Assembly (NCBI GenBank): GCA_030704615.1
Contig: CM060731.1
Span: 54,560,001-54,624,000 of the forward strand
Origin: Takakia lepidozioides
Taxonomy: Eukaryota > Plantae > Bryophyta
Length of the DNA stretch: 64,000 bases
Direction of reading: 5' to 3'
The notes under the pieces are model-generated. The model did not search any database, was not told where the DNA came from, and saw nothing but the letters and a program-made list of their open reading frames with translations. A program made the translations under genes and the position numbers. The stretch's first letter is position 1; every line of letters begins with the position of its first letter. Below, one piece after another: positions 62,437 through 64,000 of this stretch.

Positions 62437-64000
62437 TGTCGTGCGCATCATACATATCGCTACACAACTACATCGCTGTCCAAAACCACACAACACATGT
62501 GCACACCCAACCACTAGTATACCACTAGTCTACCACTAGTCCAGCCACTAGTCCAACCACTAGGCTACAACTAGTCAGTCACTAGGCTGCCACTACGCTG
62601 CCCACTATGGCAGTCACTAGTCCACACAATGATAAAGAGGAAGAATACAAGCACGAGCTCATGCGAGCTCACAAAGCTGAAGCATAAACTCATGCATATA
62701 TATAACCTCATCACTCAAATACAAGTCAAGCCAAGTGCACCCCACGCCATGGGGAATCCACACTACGGCGCCATAGCTAGGCGCGGTGAGGCTCAACTCG
62801 AGAAAGATGAGCCTCCCGCGCTTGCCGTGAGTGAGATAACCACTCAGGGCCTAAAATCTGCCTTGACCCCTGGATTGACACGGGCCAATCCCAAATGTCA
62901 ATATGTAAAAGTAGCTATTTCTAGCAGTTTCCACTAGTGGTAAATAACTTGACAGCTGTCGTGCGCATACATATCGCTACACACACTACATCGCTGTCAA
63001 AACCACACAACACATGTGCACACCACACACTAGATACCACTAGTCTACCACTAGTCAGCCACTAGTCCAACCACTAGGATCAACTAGTCAGTCACTAGGC
63101 TGCCACTACGCTGCCCACTATGGCAGTCACTAGTCCACACAATCGCCCCCCTAGCTGGTGCTTAGGTCCCTCTAAGTCCAGGTAGCCACAAGATGTGATA
63201 GTGACCATAGCCTCACTAAGTCCTCCACCACTATCCCTACTACACTCAAACTCGATAGATCAAGAGGCCGGGTGCAAGAGTTGCCCAACGTTAGTCGCCG
63301 TCTTGCAACCTGTGAACTTGAGCTTGGGATCTCATGTATTGACTCCTATGAGCTTGGCCTCCCATGTCTTGTTAGCTGCCTCCAGTCATGTCCACTGCCA
63401 CTATCCCAAGCAGTGTGGACACAACCAATCTCCGTCAGGAACCTTCTCAAGAGGTGGTGTCAAGCATCCCATATGCCAACCCCTTGAGCACCGATCACAC
63501 ACCAGCATGGTGGCTGCCCTTTTGGCAGACAACAGAGCATGCACCTCAAACCTGCAGGTACCACTGCCAAGTTTGGGTCAACTCTGCCATCGACATTGGG
63601 AAGGTGACATGGCGCACAATTACGCACATGGTCCTTTCCAAGTATGCCATCCCGACCCTCTAAGATCAGGAACCCTGAGGGAACACCTCTCGAACCCTCA
63701 GAATAACACGCCCTGCAGTAAAATGTGAGTGCGTCGCACTCCAAAATGCCCCAATTCCTCATGGGCATGCCGCATAACCGTGCACGCTGTGTGGGGTGAG
63801 GCACAATCCTCACCCGACCACCCTCCCACACTCGAAGTAGGTGTATCCCTCCCACTTGAACCTCTGGGCTCGTTGCAGGATCCGATCCCTATCCCTGGCA
63901 GTCACAATGGCTGCCGTGTCTCCCGTGCGGAGGTGTCCAACACAGCTGAATCCTCATGTATATCTCTGGCACACCTAGCTCATCACTAGCCTCAGGGTCC
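62437..64000 (-). mobile_element. Second PHD-integrase gypsy (related subfamily), 3' end only, inserted into the chromovirus integrase
   Basis: Homologous to 51300-53020 (KDHVRNCAPCHLPNVDG, PHD remnants); same PPT CACCAGCTAGGGGGGCG-AT; end structure A(62957-63141)-B(62630-62954)-A(62437-62628). Integrase core deleted. Confidence 0.88.

Overview
Eukaryotic land-plant genomic DNA. A non-flowering plant such as a moss is likely, inferred from gene content only. The first ~21 kb holds host genes: an EMS1/EXS-like LRR receptor kinase (2 exons, +), a decayed PLS-DYW PPR pseudogene, a tRNA-Cys(GCA) and an LPR1-like multicopper oxidase (2 exons, -). The remaining ~43 kb is nested transposable elements: a TSD-bounded non-autonomous Ty1/copia, a MULE-type transposase with Ulp1-like and unknown cargo ORFs, a CACTA element with a 104-bp tandem array, MITEs, a chromovirus fragment and two Ty3/gypsy copies with a PHD finger on the integrase. 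The most notable element is the Ty3/gypsy at 49254-59452 (-). Its reconstructed polyprotein is Gag - aspartic protease - DNMT3-like C5 cytosine methyltransferase - RT - RNase H - integrase - PHD finger. Both PHD-gypsy copies end not at the LTR terminus but at a conserved internal LTR palindrome (GACA-GC-TGTC) of an extra partial LTR, giving a split-repeat (A-B-A) end. Copy 1 also carries a near-perfect 1.5-kb inverted duplication. All homology calls come from motif recognition by eye, not database searches.
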